NCBI GenBank assembly: GCA_964574975.1
Contig: CAZNSL010000002.1
Span: 1 to 29,976, forward strand
Origin: an uncultured Alcaligenaceae bacterium
Lineage (GTDB): Bacteria > Planctomycetota > Planctomycetia > Gemmatales > Gemmataceae
Direction of reading: 5' to 3'
Length of the DNA stretch: 29,976 nucleotides
A program made the translations under genes and the position numbers. This document shows positions 18,279-27,375 of the stretch, one piece after another; the first letter of the stretch is position 1; every line of letters begins with the position of its first letter. The notes below the pieces were generated by a model. That model saw only the letters and a list, made by a program, of their open reading frames with translations, did no database searches and was not told the origin of the DNA.

Positions 18279-19613
18279 TCACTCGAACGCCCCGAGGCCC
18301 GGCCTACCGAGTTCTCCCGTCCGCACAATACCGTCCGCGATCTGGAAAATGCCGCGGAAGCGCTCGGCCCACGGAGCGTTGGCCGCGGGCACGTATTGGC
18401 GAGCGTTCGCTTCGACGGCCGCAACACCGGGAACGTGTGCCGCCAGCCCCACCGACTGCACGAGTGAAGCTCCGGGGCAGGTCAGGTCCTGCACGCACAG
18501 GAACATACCCATTTTCTGGGCCGCAGCCGCCAGGAGTACCGATTGAGTCTGCCCCTTGCACGCTTTCAGTGCGGCTCCCGTGTACCCCATGTCGCGGGCC
18601 AGATGCAGGCTTTCGAGGTCGACGAGCGACTCGTCGATCACCACGGGCTTGAGTGCCGAGGCCTTGTGCATCGCGTTCCCGCGGTCGGCCTTCAAATCGC
18701 GGCGCGTCGGTTGCTCGATGTAATGCACGCGATCGTACGCGGACGGTGAACGGTCGCGCAATTGCCCGAGGAAGTCGAGGAGGTAATCGACGTTCGCACA
18801 CCGTTCGTTAAAGTCGAGCGAGTAGTGCGTCGCCCCAGCCCCGCCGGCGACGCGCTCGACGCCGAGGACGCGATCCACGTCCCAGACCAGGTCGTTACCG
18901 TTGAGTTTCACCTTGAGATGCGTCAGTCCATTGTACGCGATCCACTCACCGAGCGTTTCCGGCAGGCCGTCCCCGACGGGCGTTGTGACATCGCTCGGCA
19001 TCAGCGGGTCGAGTGCCCCGACGAGGTGGTACAACGGCAACTCCGGTACCGGCTCACGACGGACGAAATCGCCCAGATGCAGGCCGCGGTACTCGGGGCC
19101 GAGATAGTGTTCGAGGCCGTACGGCAATTCGTCGCGGCCGTAGGTGTGGTAGCAACTGCGGCCGAGCAGCTTGCCGAAGCCGTCGTGCAAGGCCGCGTCG
19201 AACGCACTGGCTACGACCAGGGTCGCCAGTTTCGGGATCGGCTCCGGCAGGCCACGCTCGGCGGCCAAGTCGTCGGCCGCGTCGAAGATTGCCGGTTCGA
19301 GTTCGTGTGTGATATCGATCGGGTGGCCAAGTTCACTACGGCCGACAATTATGCGCGCAATCTTGACCGCGACACCGAGCATGGTGCCGAGCGTCGTCGT
19401 GTAGTCGAGCTGTTGGGTCGGCCATGCCCAGACGTTACCCAGTGGCATCGACCCGCGGCCATCGGCCTCACGCCCGGCCTCGTCGCGCACCTTGAGCTTG
19501 ACATTCAGTAGCGTCGCCCGGTCGAGGGCGACACCGCCGAACTTGATCGGCGTTCGGTAATGGAATTGCTCCGCCTGAAACGAAGCGTCGGTAGCGCGAA
19601 TCCTGGTGGGCAC
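18279..19613 (-). CDS. Enolase-superfamily (mandelate racemase/muconate lactonising-like) protein of unknown substrate (444 aa)
   Basis: KVK motif (HLKVKLNG) and metal ligands DFNE, IEQP and IDES, plus ALKACKG. GTG start at 19613 with an upstream GAGGGG RBS. Confidence 0.8.
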   Translation of the reverse strand: MPTRIRATDASFQAEQFHYRTPIKFGGVALDRATLLNVKLKVRDEAGREADGRGSMPLGNVWAWPTQQLDYTTTLGTMLGVAVKIARIIVGRSELGHPIDITHELEPAIFDAADDLAAERGLPEPIPKLATLVVASAFDAALHDGFGKLLGRSCYHTYGRDELPYGLEHYLGPEYRGLHLGDFVRREPVPELPLYHLVGALDPLMPSDVTTPVGDGLPETLGEWIAYNGLTHLKVKLNGNDLVWDVDRVLGVERVAGGAGATHYSLDFNERCANVDYLLDFLGQLRDRSPSAYDRVHYIEQPTRRDLKADRGNAMHKASALKPVVIDESLVDLESLHLARDMGYTGAALKACKGQTQSVLLAAAAQKMGMFLCVQDLTCPGASLVQSVGLAAHVPGVAAVEANARQYVPAANAPWAERFRGIFQIADGIVRTGELGRPGLGAFE

Positions 19614-19711
19614 GCGGTCCCCTCGCGCGGTTGGCTGGCGAGTGTCCACGTCAGTGTGCGCAACTGGCGGCCCGGAATCCAGAGCGAGCCAGAACGCGGT
19701 CGCATCGCGAC

Positions 19712-20596
19712 TCACGAGCGTGAGCCGTGTAGTGCCGTCCGTCGGTCGCCGCTTCGGGCCGAGGGCGTGTCGCCCTGCTCGAAGCGGATTTCGGAGAATA
19801 CCTGGGTGAATTGCGCGCCGAGCAACAGAATGAGAGAGGCATAAAAGTCCCAAACGAGGATGACCGCGAGCGAGCCGGCCGCTCCGTAGGGCGAGCCAAC
19901 GCTGAAATGGGCGAAGTACAGACCCAGCAGGTACTTGCCGAGTGTGAACAGCCCGGCGGTGACGGCAGCCCCGACCCAGACGTTGGACCAGGCGACCTCG
20001 CAGTCCGGCAATACCTTGAAGATCACCGCGAAGACCATCGTCAGCATGGCAAACGAGAGGGCGTGATTCGCAGACTGGGCGACGTGCGCGTCGCCCTGCA
20101 AAAGTCGGTCGCCAAGTGCCGTTAGCCCGGTGCTGGCAGCGAGCAGGATGAGCAAGAGCAACCCGGTTCCGAGAACCATGGTAAACGAGAGGAAACGGGA
20201 CTTGATCCAGCCGAGTATTCCACCGCTGGTCTTCGGCGGCACTTCCCAGATGGTGTTGAGCGAGGTTTGCAGTTGTCCAAAGACGCCCGCGGCCCCGAAG
20301 AGGAGGACTACGAAACCGACGAGTGTCGCCGTCGAGGTCGACGCCGATGCCCGTGCGGCCGATAGGGTACTTTGGATCGCATCCGCAACAGCCGGTCCGA
20401 CCGACGACTTCAACTCCTGCGACAGTCGCCCCTCCGCCGCTTCATCACCAAAGACGACACCGGCGATCGCCACGGCAATCAACAGCAGCGGCGCGAGCGA
20501 GAACGCCGTATAGTACGCTAGGGCCGCGCCCAGGGTGAACGTGTCCTTGGCAATGAACTTCCGCACTGTCCGGACGACCAGTTCGATGACCTTCAC
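19712..20596 (-). CDS. YihY/virulence factor BrkB family membrane protein
   Basis: GAALAYYTAFSLAPLL, FGQLQTSLNTIW, GAAVTA, YGAAGSLAVILVW...GAQFT. GTG start at 20596 with a GGAGGG RBS. Confidence 0.9.
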   Translation of the reverse strand: MKVIELVVRTVRKFIAKDTFTLGAALAYYTAFSLAPLLLIAVAIAGVVFGDEAAEGRLSQELKSSVGPAVADAIQSTLSAARASASTSTATLVGFVVLLFGAAGVFGQLQTSLNTIWEVPPKTSGGILGWIKSRFLSFTMVLGTGLLLLILLAASTGLTALGDRLLQGDAHVAQSANHALSFAMLTMVFAVIFKVLPDCEVAWSNVWVGAAVTAGLFTLGKYLLGLYFAHFSVGSPYGAAGSLAVILVWDFYASLILLLGAQFTQVFSEIRFEQGDTPSARSGDRRTALHGSRS

Positions 20597-20664
20597 GACA
20601 CCCTCCGAAATACTCGGTCGATGGTCGAGGGAGTTGCTCCCGTGCTCATTATCGAGGTAACAGA

Positions 20665-21480
20665 GTGGATGATAGCGTTCGCGACCGGCTGTGCGAACTG
20701 ATTGCCGAACACGGGCGGCCCGTGTGCTCGACGCCCGGGTCGCTCCGGATGCTCTTACGCCAAACGTGCCCCAACGGCGGCGAAGCCATCGACGACATCG
20801 TGCGGTCGCTCGACGTGCCGGCCGTCCGTGCGCTGCTCGCCAACCCGGTGGAAGTCGCCGACCGGCCTGCCACGGTTGCGGCACTCACAGCGACCGGCTA
20901 TAGTTCCGAGCGTGCTGACTGGGTGGCATCGAGTTGGCTTGACGCCCTCGGCAGCGAGCGGTTCGACCGGCCCGGCGTTTCCGCCGACTGGTCCGCCTGG
21001 AACCGGCTCGACGTATCGGCCGAGACCGCCGGTGGCACAGGCTCACATCAGCGCTCGATCTGGCACCTGGCCATTGTCGCGCTTGCCGGACTAGCCGGCG
21101 GGGCAGGGGTGGCTGTCAGCCTCTGGCGGCTCGGCGAGGAGGGCTTGATTGAGCCGTGGCGCGAGGCGTTCGACGGAATGACGTTTGCCGCAGGCGTGGC
21201 GTCGGTGGCCGTCCTCGGTGCGTTGGGCGGTGCAGCGGGCGGCATCGCGGGTTGGGCACTCGGCGGCGGCCGTAGTTGGACCTACGACGCCTGGGGCGGC
21301 ACCTCGCTCGGCCGCCTGGGACTGGCCGCGCTCGGGGCGTTCAACATGGCCTCCGTGGGCGTTCTCGCGTCGCTTGGCTTCTTCGGTCTCTACGGTGTCT
21401 TGCCGCTCGCGCTCCTCGGCGCGGCATTTGGTTCGTTCATCGGGTTGTTGGTCGCCGAGCGGATTTCGAGGTTCTTGTGA
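20665..21480 (+). CDS. Hypothetical membrane protein (small N-terminal helical domain, about 4 Gly-rich TM helices)
   Basis: 271-aa ORF with GxxxG-rich hydrophobic segments. Its stop overlaps the next ATG (TGATG at 21478-21482). Confidence 0.7.
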   Translation: MDDSVRDRLCELIAEHGRPVCSTPGSLRMLLRQTCPNGGEAIDDIVRSLDVPAVRALLANPVEVADRPATVAALTATGYSSERADWVASSWLDALGSERFDRPGVSADWSAWNRLDVSAETAGGTGSHQRSIWHLAIVALAGLAGGAGVAVSLWRLGEEGLIEPWREAFDGMTFAAGVASVAVLGALGGAAGGIAGWALGGGRSWTYDAWGGTSLGRLGLAALGAFNMASVGVLASLGFFGLYGVLPLALLGAAFGSFIGLLVAERISRFL

Positions 21481-22463
21481 TGTTGCAGGTCACACTCGAA
21501 CGACCGGGCCGATTCATCGCGGACACTGTGGAACCGCCGAAGCCGCCGCCAGGTCACGCACTCGTCCACCCACGCGCCATCGGCGTTTGTGGCACCGACC
21601 TCCACGCCTTCGCCGGCCGGCAAGCGTTCTTCACCTACCCGCGCGTCATCGGCCACGAACTCGGTGTCGAGGTCCTTTCGCTGCCTCCCGGCGACCACAT
21701 CGTCAAGGTGGGCGACCGCTGTGCGGTCGAGCCGTACATCCATTGCGGCACCTGCAACGCTTGCCGGCTCGGCAAGACGAACTGCTGCGAGTCGCTCCAG
21801 GTTCTGGGCGTCCACATCGACGGCGGCATGCGCGGTCAGTTCGCCGTGCCAGTGAAGTACCTGCACCGTTCCGACTCGCTGAGCTACGAACAACTCGCCT
21901 TAATCGAAACGCTGAGTATCGGTCAGCACGCGATCGAACGTAGCGGTCTGCAACGCGGCGAGTCGGCGCTGATCATCGGTGCTGGACCGATCGGACTGGC
22001 TGTGACGCAGTTCGCACTGGCCGCCGGAGCCGCCGTGCGCGTCCTCGACGTGAATCCGACTCGACGCGCGTTCGTCGCTCGCTGGGGTGTCGAAACCATC
22101 GGCGAAACGGACGGGCGGCTGGCAGATGTCGTGTTCGACGCGACCGGGAATGCCAACTCGATGGAAGCGAGTTTCGCATACGTCGCGTTCGGCGGTCGAT
22201 TGGTTTTCGTCGGCATCGTACTCGATAAGGTCCCTCTCGATGACGTGGTGTTTCACCGCCGCGAGATGACGCTGTTCGCCACTCGCAACAGCGCCGGAGC
22301 ATTCCCGACTATCCTCAAACAAGTCGAATCGGGCGCGATCGACACATCGGCGTGGGTGACGCACCGGATGAAATTGCGCGACGTTCCGACACAATTCCTG
22401 CAACTGCCGACGATGCCGGGTCTGGTCAAAGCGATTGTCGAGGTGGACGATGCGGATGCGTGA
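21480..22463 (+). CDS. Zn-dependent medium-chain dehydrogenase (YjjN/L-galactonate dehydrogenase-like)
   Basis: GVCGTDLH, GHELG, the structural-Zn motif CGTCNACRLGKTNCC, and GAGPIG. Start moved to the ATG at 21480 (MLQVTLERPG). Confidence 0.88.
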   Translation: MLQVTLERPGRFIADTVEPPKPPPGHALVHPRAIGVCGTDLHAFAGRQAFFTYPRVIGHELGVEVLSLPPGDHIVKVGDRCAVEPYIHCGTCNACRLGKTNCCESLQVLGVHIDGGMRGQFAVPVKYLHRSDSLSYEQLALIETLSIGQHAIERSGLQRGESALIIGAGPIGLAVTQFALAAGAAVRVLDVNPTRRAFVARWGVETIGETDGRLADVVFDATGNANSMEASFAYVAFGGRLVFVGIVLDKVPLDDVVFHRREMTLFATRNSAGAFPTILKQVESGAIDTSAWVTHRMKLRDVPTQFLQLPTMPGLVKAIVEVDDADA

Positions 22464-23406
22464 GTTCGGCCGCACGGGATTGAAGGTGTCGTCGATTGGC
22501 TTCGGTGCAGCCCCCGTCGGCGGCCACTACGGCGACGTGGACGACGTTGGCCACATCGCGGCCGTGCGGCATGCCATCGACCGTGGCATCAACATCATCG
22601 ACACTAGCCCCTACTACAGCGGCACGCGGAGCGAAACACTGCTTGGGCAAGCGCTCGCCGACGGCTACCGGACCAAGGTGATCCTCTGTACGAAGGCGTG
22701 TCGCTACGGGCGCGACGAATTCGACTTTTCAGCCAAGGCAATGTTGACGGGTCTCGATGACTCCTTGAGGCGGTTGCGCACGGAGTACGTCGATGTTTGG
22801 CACGCCCACGACATCGAATTCGCCACCGATTACGAGCAGGTGTTCACTGAGACTGCGGACGCTCTGCACCGGGCGAAGGCCGCTGGCAAGTGCCGCTTCG
22901 TCGGCATGACCGGGTATCCACCAGAGTTGCTCGCACGGGCGGTGGCGCGATGTCGACTCGACGCCGTGTTGAATTACTGCCATTACTCGCTGTGCAACGA
23001 TCGGATGTTGTCGCAACTGGTGCCGGTCGCCGCCGCAAATGGCGTCGCCGCTTGTAACGCCAGCGCCCTGATGATGGGGTTATTCGCCAGCAAAGGGCCG
23101 CCGGCATGGCACCCGGCACCGGAGCGGCTCAAGGACGCGTGCGCGCGAGTCGTGGCGTTGTGTCGCGCTCGTGGCGTCGCTCCGGAGGAACTTGCGTTGC
23201 GGTACGCCCTGGCCGACGAACGGATCGCCACGACGTTCGTCGGCATGAGTAGTATCGCTGAGGTGGATACAAACTTGCGAGCGCTCGACGATTCGCCGGA
23301 CCCGGAGTTGCTAGTGGAAGTCCGAACGATCCTCGAACCGGTGTTCAACGCCGAGTGGCCGAGCGGGAATTGGCGAGGCGAACGGCTAGCGGAGCATCCG
23401 AAGTGA
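22450..23406 (+). CDS. Aldo/keto reductase, L-galactose dehydrogenase-like
   Basis: FGRTGLKVSSIGFGAAP, IDTSPYY, TK..RY, FDFSA and HDIEF, with the catalytic D/Y/K/H present. The start (22450 or 22456) overlaps the upstream dehydrogenase. Confidence 0.85.
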   Translation: MRMREFGRTGLKVSSIGFGAAPVGGHYGDVDDVGHIAAVRHAIDRGINIIDTSPYYSGTRSETLLGQALADGYRTKVILCTKACRYGRDEFDFSAKAMLTGLDDSLRRLRTEYVDVWHAHDIEFATDYEQVFTETADALHRAKAAGKCRFVGMTGYPPELLARAVARCRLDAVLNYCHYSLCNDRMLSQLVPVAAANGVAACNASALMMGLFASKGPPAWHPAPERLKDACARVVALCRARGVAPEELALRYALADERIATTFVGMSSIAEVDTNLRALDDSPDPELLVEVRTILEPVFNAEWPSGNWRGERLAEHPK

Positions 23407-23964
23407 GGTCGATGACACGTCCGCGCGGTACTCGGTTTCCGCGAGACCCGCGAAGAGATCGGCCGGCAGTTCGAGCGATTCAACGCCAACGAACATACCG
23501 CACCCGTTGACCCTGCCGGCCACGAGGAAGCCGCACCGCCGACTGCGAATGTCCTCGAACGCGGATTGCATTGCTCCTTCGCCACCGTAGTAATGTGGCT
23601 GCGCCACCCGCTCCGCGGTGTCTGCCCCGACTACGAACGTTGCCTCGGGAAAGAGCCGCGCCTTCCCGACGAACGTTGGCTCGCGCGTCAGCCAAACGGG
23701 GGCCAGCCGCTCGAACTGCCGCAAGCGCCGCCGCACCACGTTTTCGCCGAGTGGCGGCTTGTCGGCGTTGAAGACACTAATCTCAAACGCCGCGGGCCGT
23801 CCGAGTTTCTGGGCCGCCACCACGGCGAGTTGCCGGTGGCCCTCGTGGAGCGGGTTGAACGAACCGCAAACGAGGACGGCCGGCGACGCCTCATCGGGAG
23901 TCAGCCGGCCGTCGGGCATTTGGCACAGGCGCGGCAATCGACCACGCAATAAATCGGCAATCAT
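23386..23964 (-). CDS. Cytidylyltransferase/NadD-like nucleotidyltransferase domain protein
   Basis: GSFNPLHEGH (HxGH), FVVGADT and the C-terminal VSSTSLR. ATGA overlap with the upstream EIIA gene. Confidence 0.75.
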   Translation of the reverse strand: MIADLLRGRLPRLCQMPDGRLTPDEASPAVLVCGSFNPLHEGHRQLAVVAAQKLGRPAAFEISVFNADKPPLGENVVRRRLRQFERLAPVWLTREPTFVGKARLFPEATFVVGADTAERVAQPHYYGGEGAMQSAFEDIRSRRCGFLVAGRVNGCGMFVGVESLELPADLFAGLAETEYRADVSSTSLRMLR

Positions 23965-24665
23965 CCGTCCATTGCCAGGATGGCGGCCTCGGCACTGCGG
24001 ATGACGAGTATCGCATCGGCGGCCGTTTCTGCGTCGCGGAGCGTGTCGAGGAAGCCGGGCCGAAGGATCAACCGCGAGAGCCGGGCAAGGACTCGCAGGT
24101 GAGTGCGTTCATCCCGACTCAACACGATGAAAAACAGGTCCGTCAGCCCCCCGCGCGGCGCGCCGAACGGGATGCCGGAGAGCGTCCGGCCAAACGCGAC
24201 CAATGCCTCACCGAGCGCGTCGGCAAGCGGTCGACGCGGGTGCAGGATGGCCACGCCGTTTTCCTGCGCGGTACTGGCCATTTCCTCGCGGGTGAAAACG
24301 GCGTCGAGGATCGCCTGTGGGTCGTACACTTGCCACGACTGCTCGGCCAGGCGGACGAGTTCGCGCGGCACAGACGCCGCAGTGCGTGCAGGTAACGGAA
24401 CTTCGACACACGCCGGCTGTAGGAGGGTACTCAGCAGCGGCTCCGTCGGTTCCGGGTGCGTCTCCTCGAGGTTGCGTAGTTGCTCGTCGTCGAGACCGGG
24501 CATTTCCCGTTCGAGCCAGTTCTGAATCTCGGCGCGGTGAAACCGCCACTCGCCGGCAACCTTGCGACCTGGCAAAGTACCCTTGACGGCCAGTTTGCTC
24601 AACTCGCGGGCATCGCGGCGGAGCAAACCGGCCAGTTGGTTCAGGTCTAACGTCTCGCTCCCCAT
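23961..24665 (-). CDS. HTH DNA-binding domain fused to a PTS EIIA (Ntr/fructose-type) domain
   Basis: N-terminal excisionase-like HTH (LNQLAGLL...LPGRKVAGEWRF). The EIIA part has RE...ST..NGVAILHP with the phospho-His retained, and HLRVLARLSR. ATG at 24665 with an AGGGAAG RBS. Confidence 0.85.
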   Translation of the reverse strand: MGSETLDLNQLAGLLRRDARELSKLAVKGTLPGRKVAGEWRFHRAEIQNWLEREMPGLDDEQLRNLEETHPEPTEPLLSTLLQPACVEVPLPARTAASVPRELVRLAEQSWQVYDPQAILDAVFTREEMASTAQENGVAILHPRRPLADALGEALVAFGRTLSGIPFGAPRGGLTDLFFIVLSRDERTHLRVLARLSRLILRPGFLDTLRDAETAADAILVIRSAEAAILAMDG

Positions 24666-24673
24666 GTCTTCCC

Positions 24674-25918
24674 TCAATCGTGCTTGCCCGGTAAACCGGG
24701 AAGGTCGAAGCCGGCCCCTCCCTTGAGCAATTGTAGGCGAGCTTGCGTCTGTTGGCTGAGGCCGTGAATCCGGATGAACCCTTGGGCAGCCGACTGGTCG
24801 TAGTCGCTACCCTCGTCGTAGGTCGCTAATTTCTTCGAATACAGGCTGTGTTCGCTCTTGCGGCCGACGACTGTTGCCTTTCCCTTATACAGTTTGACGC
24901 GCGTCGTGCCCGAAACGAATCGCTGATTGCTGGCGACGAATGCGAACAGGTCCTGGTGGAAGGCGCTGAACCACAGGCCGTTGTAGATCAGGTCGGCGTA
25001 CTCCTGGGCGACGATCGTCTTGAAGCGACTCGCCTGCTTCGACAGGCAAAGCGTCTCAAGCTCGCGGTGTGCATCGTGCAGGATGACGGCCGCCGGAGCC
25101 TCATATAACTCGCGAGACTTGATGCCGACCAGTCGATTCTCCACATGGTCGATTCGACCAACACCGTGCTTGCCGCCAAGTGCGTTCAACCGCTCGATGA
25201 GCGCGACACCATCCATCGCGTTTCCGTCGAGCGCAATCGGGACGCCGTGCCGAAACTCGATTTCCACATAAGCCGGCTCGCTCGGGGCCTTCACGGGATC
25301 GGACGTCCAAGCGTATGCCTCGGCCGGGGGTTCGTCCCACGGGTCTTCGAGAACGCCGGCTTCGCACGAACGGCCGAATAGGTTCTGGTCGATTGAGTAC
25401 GGGCTTTCCGGCTTCGCTTCGACCGGAATCTTGTGCCTCGCAGCGTATTCGATGGCCGCGGGCCGGGTCATCGACCATTCGCGCACCGGGGCGATGATCT
25501 TCAGGTCGGGTGCGAGCGTCTGGAACGTCACATCGAAGCGGACCTGGTCGTTGCCTTTGCCGGTACATCCGTGGGCCACGGCCTTCGCCCCGTGGTCTCG
25601 GGCTGCATCGACCATCAGCTTCGCAATCAGCGGTCGGCCGAGCGCGGTGGCTAGCGGGTACTTGCCCTCGTACAGTGCCCCAGCCATCAGGGCCGGAAAC
25701 ACGAAGTGGTCGACGAAAAGGTTTTTGGCGTCGATGGCGACGGCATCGACCGCGCCGGTCGTGAGGGCTTTGCGGCGAATGGCCTCGATATCTTCGCCCT
25801 GTCCGAGGTCGACCGTGAAGGTGACAACATCGAGGCCGTACTTCTCGCCGATCCACGGCACCATGACCGAGGTGTCGAGTCCGCCGGAATACGCCAGAAT
25901 GACCTTGTCGCGCGCCAT
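24674..25918 (-). CDS. argG: Argininosuccinate synthase
   Basis: LAYSGGLDTS, YEGKYPLATALGRP, HGCTGKGNDQVRF, DHVENRLVGIKSRELYE. Start moved to the ATG at 25918. Confidence 0.98.
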   Translation of the reverse strand: MARDKVILAYSGGLDTSVMVPWIGEKYGLDVVTFTVDLGQGEDIEAIRRKALTTGAVDAVAIDAKNLFVDHFVFPALMAGALYEGKYPLATALGRPLIAKLMVDAARDHGAKAVAHGCTGKGNDQVRFDVTFQTLAPDLKIIAPVREWSMTRPAAIEYAARHKIPVEAKPESPYSIDQNLFGRSCEAGVLEDPWDEPPAEAYAWTSDPVKAPSEPAYVEIEFRHGVPIALDGNAMDGVALIERLNALGGKHGVGRIDHVENRLVGIKSRELYEAPAAVILHDAHRELETLCLSKQASRFKTIVAQEYADLIYNGLWFSAFHQDLFAFVASNQRFVSGTTRVKLYKGKATVVGRKSEHSLYSKKLATYDEGSDYDQSAAQGFIRIHGLSQQTQARLQLLKGGAGFDLPGLPGKHD

Positions 25919-25952
25919 GAACGTCCCCACCGTGTCGGCCGTGTTTGCCGAC

Positions 25953-25980
25953 ATTCTAGAACGGTAATCAATCGTGTCAC
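25953..25980 (-). promoter_or_regulatory. Candidate sigma70-type promoter for argG
   Basis: The minus strand reads GTGACA-N16-TAGAAT, ending 34 bp upstream of the argG ATG. Confidence 0.45.
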
Positions 25981-26417
25981 CCGATGAAACATCAACTTCG
26001 GCAAGGTCGCCGTGCCTTCGCTTGCCTCGGGGCATTCTAACCGCAATTCTGGCGCAGGCGGATGCGGAACGGCCCAACGAATGCTGTGGCGTTCTGGCAG
26101 GTGGACCTGACGGTCTCGTGCGGAGGCACTACCCATTGCCGAACGTACTCGCTAGTCCGGTCGAGTTCGAGTCGGAACCGCGCGCGATGTTCGACGCCGT
26201 TAAGGACATGCGGTCGAACGATTGGGACGTATTGGCCGTTTACCACTCGCACCCGACGACAGCCGCAGTGCCCAGCCGTACTGACCTGGCTCGAAGCTAC
26301 GGCACAGGCGTCGTCAACGTCATCGTGTCGCTCGTCACAGCGCCGTCAGACGTGCGGGCATGGCTATACGCGGACGATGGCCCTCACGAGATTGCCTTTG
26401 AGTGTATCGAGCCGTGA
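25974..26417 (+). CDS. JAB/MPN+ (Mov34) metallopeptidase
   Basis: PNECCGVLAG and YHSHPTTAAVPSRTD (E...HSH...S..D). The start codon is uncertain. Confidence 0.85.
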   Translation: MSPDETSTSARSPCLRLPRGILTAILAQADAERPNECCGVLAGGPDGLVRRHYPLPNVLASPVEFESEPRAMFDAVKDMRSNDWDVLAVYHSHPTTAAVPSRTDLARSYGTGVVNVIVSLVTAPSDVRAWLYADDGPHEIAFECIEP

Positions 26418-27199
26418 GGAGCCTTCGGGCGGATACGAATGTTCAGCATTTCGACGACGACGGCGAACGCCATGGCGAAGTAGATGTAGCCCTTATTCAG
26501 GTGTTGCCCGAGCCCTTCGGCGACCAGCAGAACGCCAATCAGGATCAGGAAGCTGAGAGCGAGAATTTTGATGGTTGGGTGCCGTTCCACGAAATTGCTG
26601 ACGGTACCCGCGAACACCAGCATGACGATGACGGCCACGATCACCGCCGCGGACATGATGTAGATGGGCAGGATTTCGACGCCAAACAGAACCTGGTTCG
26701 GCACCGGATGACCGCTCTTATCGGTCGTGTTGACCATACCGATGGCCGTGATGACCGAGTCGAGCGAAAAGATGATGTCCATGATGGCGATGTTCACGAT
26801 GACGCCCAGGAAACTCGCCCTTGCTCGTCCCGCCTTGGCAGCATCGGCTTCGGCGTGCTCGAGCTTGTCGTGGATTTCGTGGACGCTCTTGGCGATGAGA
26901 AATAGACCGCCGACTATCAGGATCAGGTCGCGGATCGAAACCTCACGCGCCTCCACGTTATCGAAGAACGGTAGTTCGGGAATCGTAAACAGCGGACTGG
27001 TCAGGCGAAGAATGTAACTCAGCGATGCAAGTAACACGAGTCGGGAAATCAGGGCCGCGGCGAGTCCGAGACGGCGGGCGCTCGGCTGTTGACTAACCGG
27101 TAAACGCGCGGCGACTATGGCGATGAAGATGATGTTGTCGATCCCGAGGACGATTTCCAATGCCGTGAGGGTGAGTAGGGCAACGACGAGTTCGAGCAT
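26384..27199 (-). CDS. TerC-family integral membrane protein
   Basis: LEIVLGIDN, DIIFSLDSVITAIG, HPTIKILALSFLILIG, KGYIYFAMAF. Confidence 0.92.
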   Translation of the reverse strand: MLELVVALLTLTALEIVLGIDNIIFIAIVAARLPVSQQPSARRLGLAAALISRLVLLASLSYILRLTSPLFTIPELPFFDNVEAREVSIRDLILIVGGLFLIAKSVHEIHDKLEHAEADAAKAGRARASFLGVIVNIAIMDIIFSLDSVITAIGMVNTTDKSGHPVPNQVLFGVEILPIYIMSAAVIVAVIVMLVFAGTVSNFVERHPTIKILALSFLILIGVLLVAEGLGQHLNKGYIYFAMAFAVVVEMLNIRIRPKAPHGSIHSKAIS

Positions 27200-27321
27200 A
27201 GTGCCTCACATAGTCGGAACGCGGTTCGACCCGCGAATGGTTATACGGGCGAAGCGAGCAGCGTGAAAGCACAAGATGCGAACCCCGCATCGACAAAGCA
27301 AGGTACAAGTACCACGGGCGC

Positions 27322-27351
27322 TTGCACGGCTACCCCCGACTCCGGTACACT
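27322..27351 (+). promoter_or_regulatory. Candidate sigma70-type promoter for the HEAT operon
   Basis: TTGCAC-N18-TACACT, 24 bp upstream of the GTG at 27376. Confidence 0.35.
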
Positions 27352-27375
27352 GGAGGACGGAATGGGGGGAACATC

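Noticed and set aside
27200-27375. Possible yybP-ykoY (Mn2+) riboswitch upstream of terC: the minus strand has GGGGGTAGCC and two small hairpins (27275-27291 and about 27214-27229)
   Set aside because: The other conserved elements of this riboswitch are not visible. A TTCACG-N16-TATAAC promoter candidate would leave only a ~40-nt leader. An Infernal search with the Rfam yybP-ykoY model would settle it.
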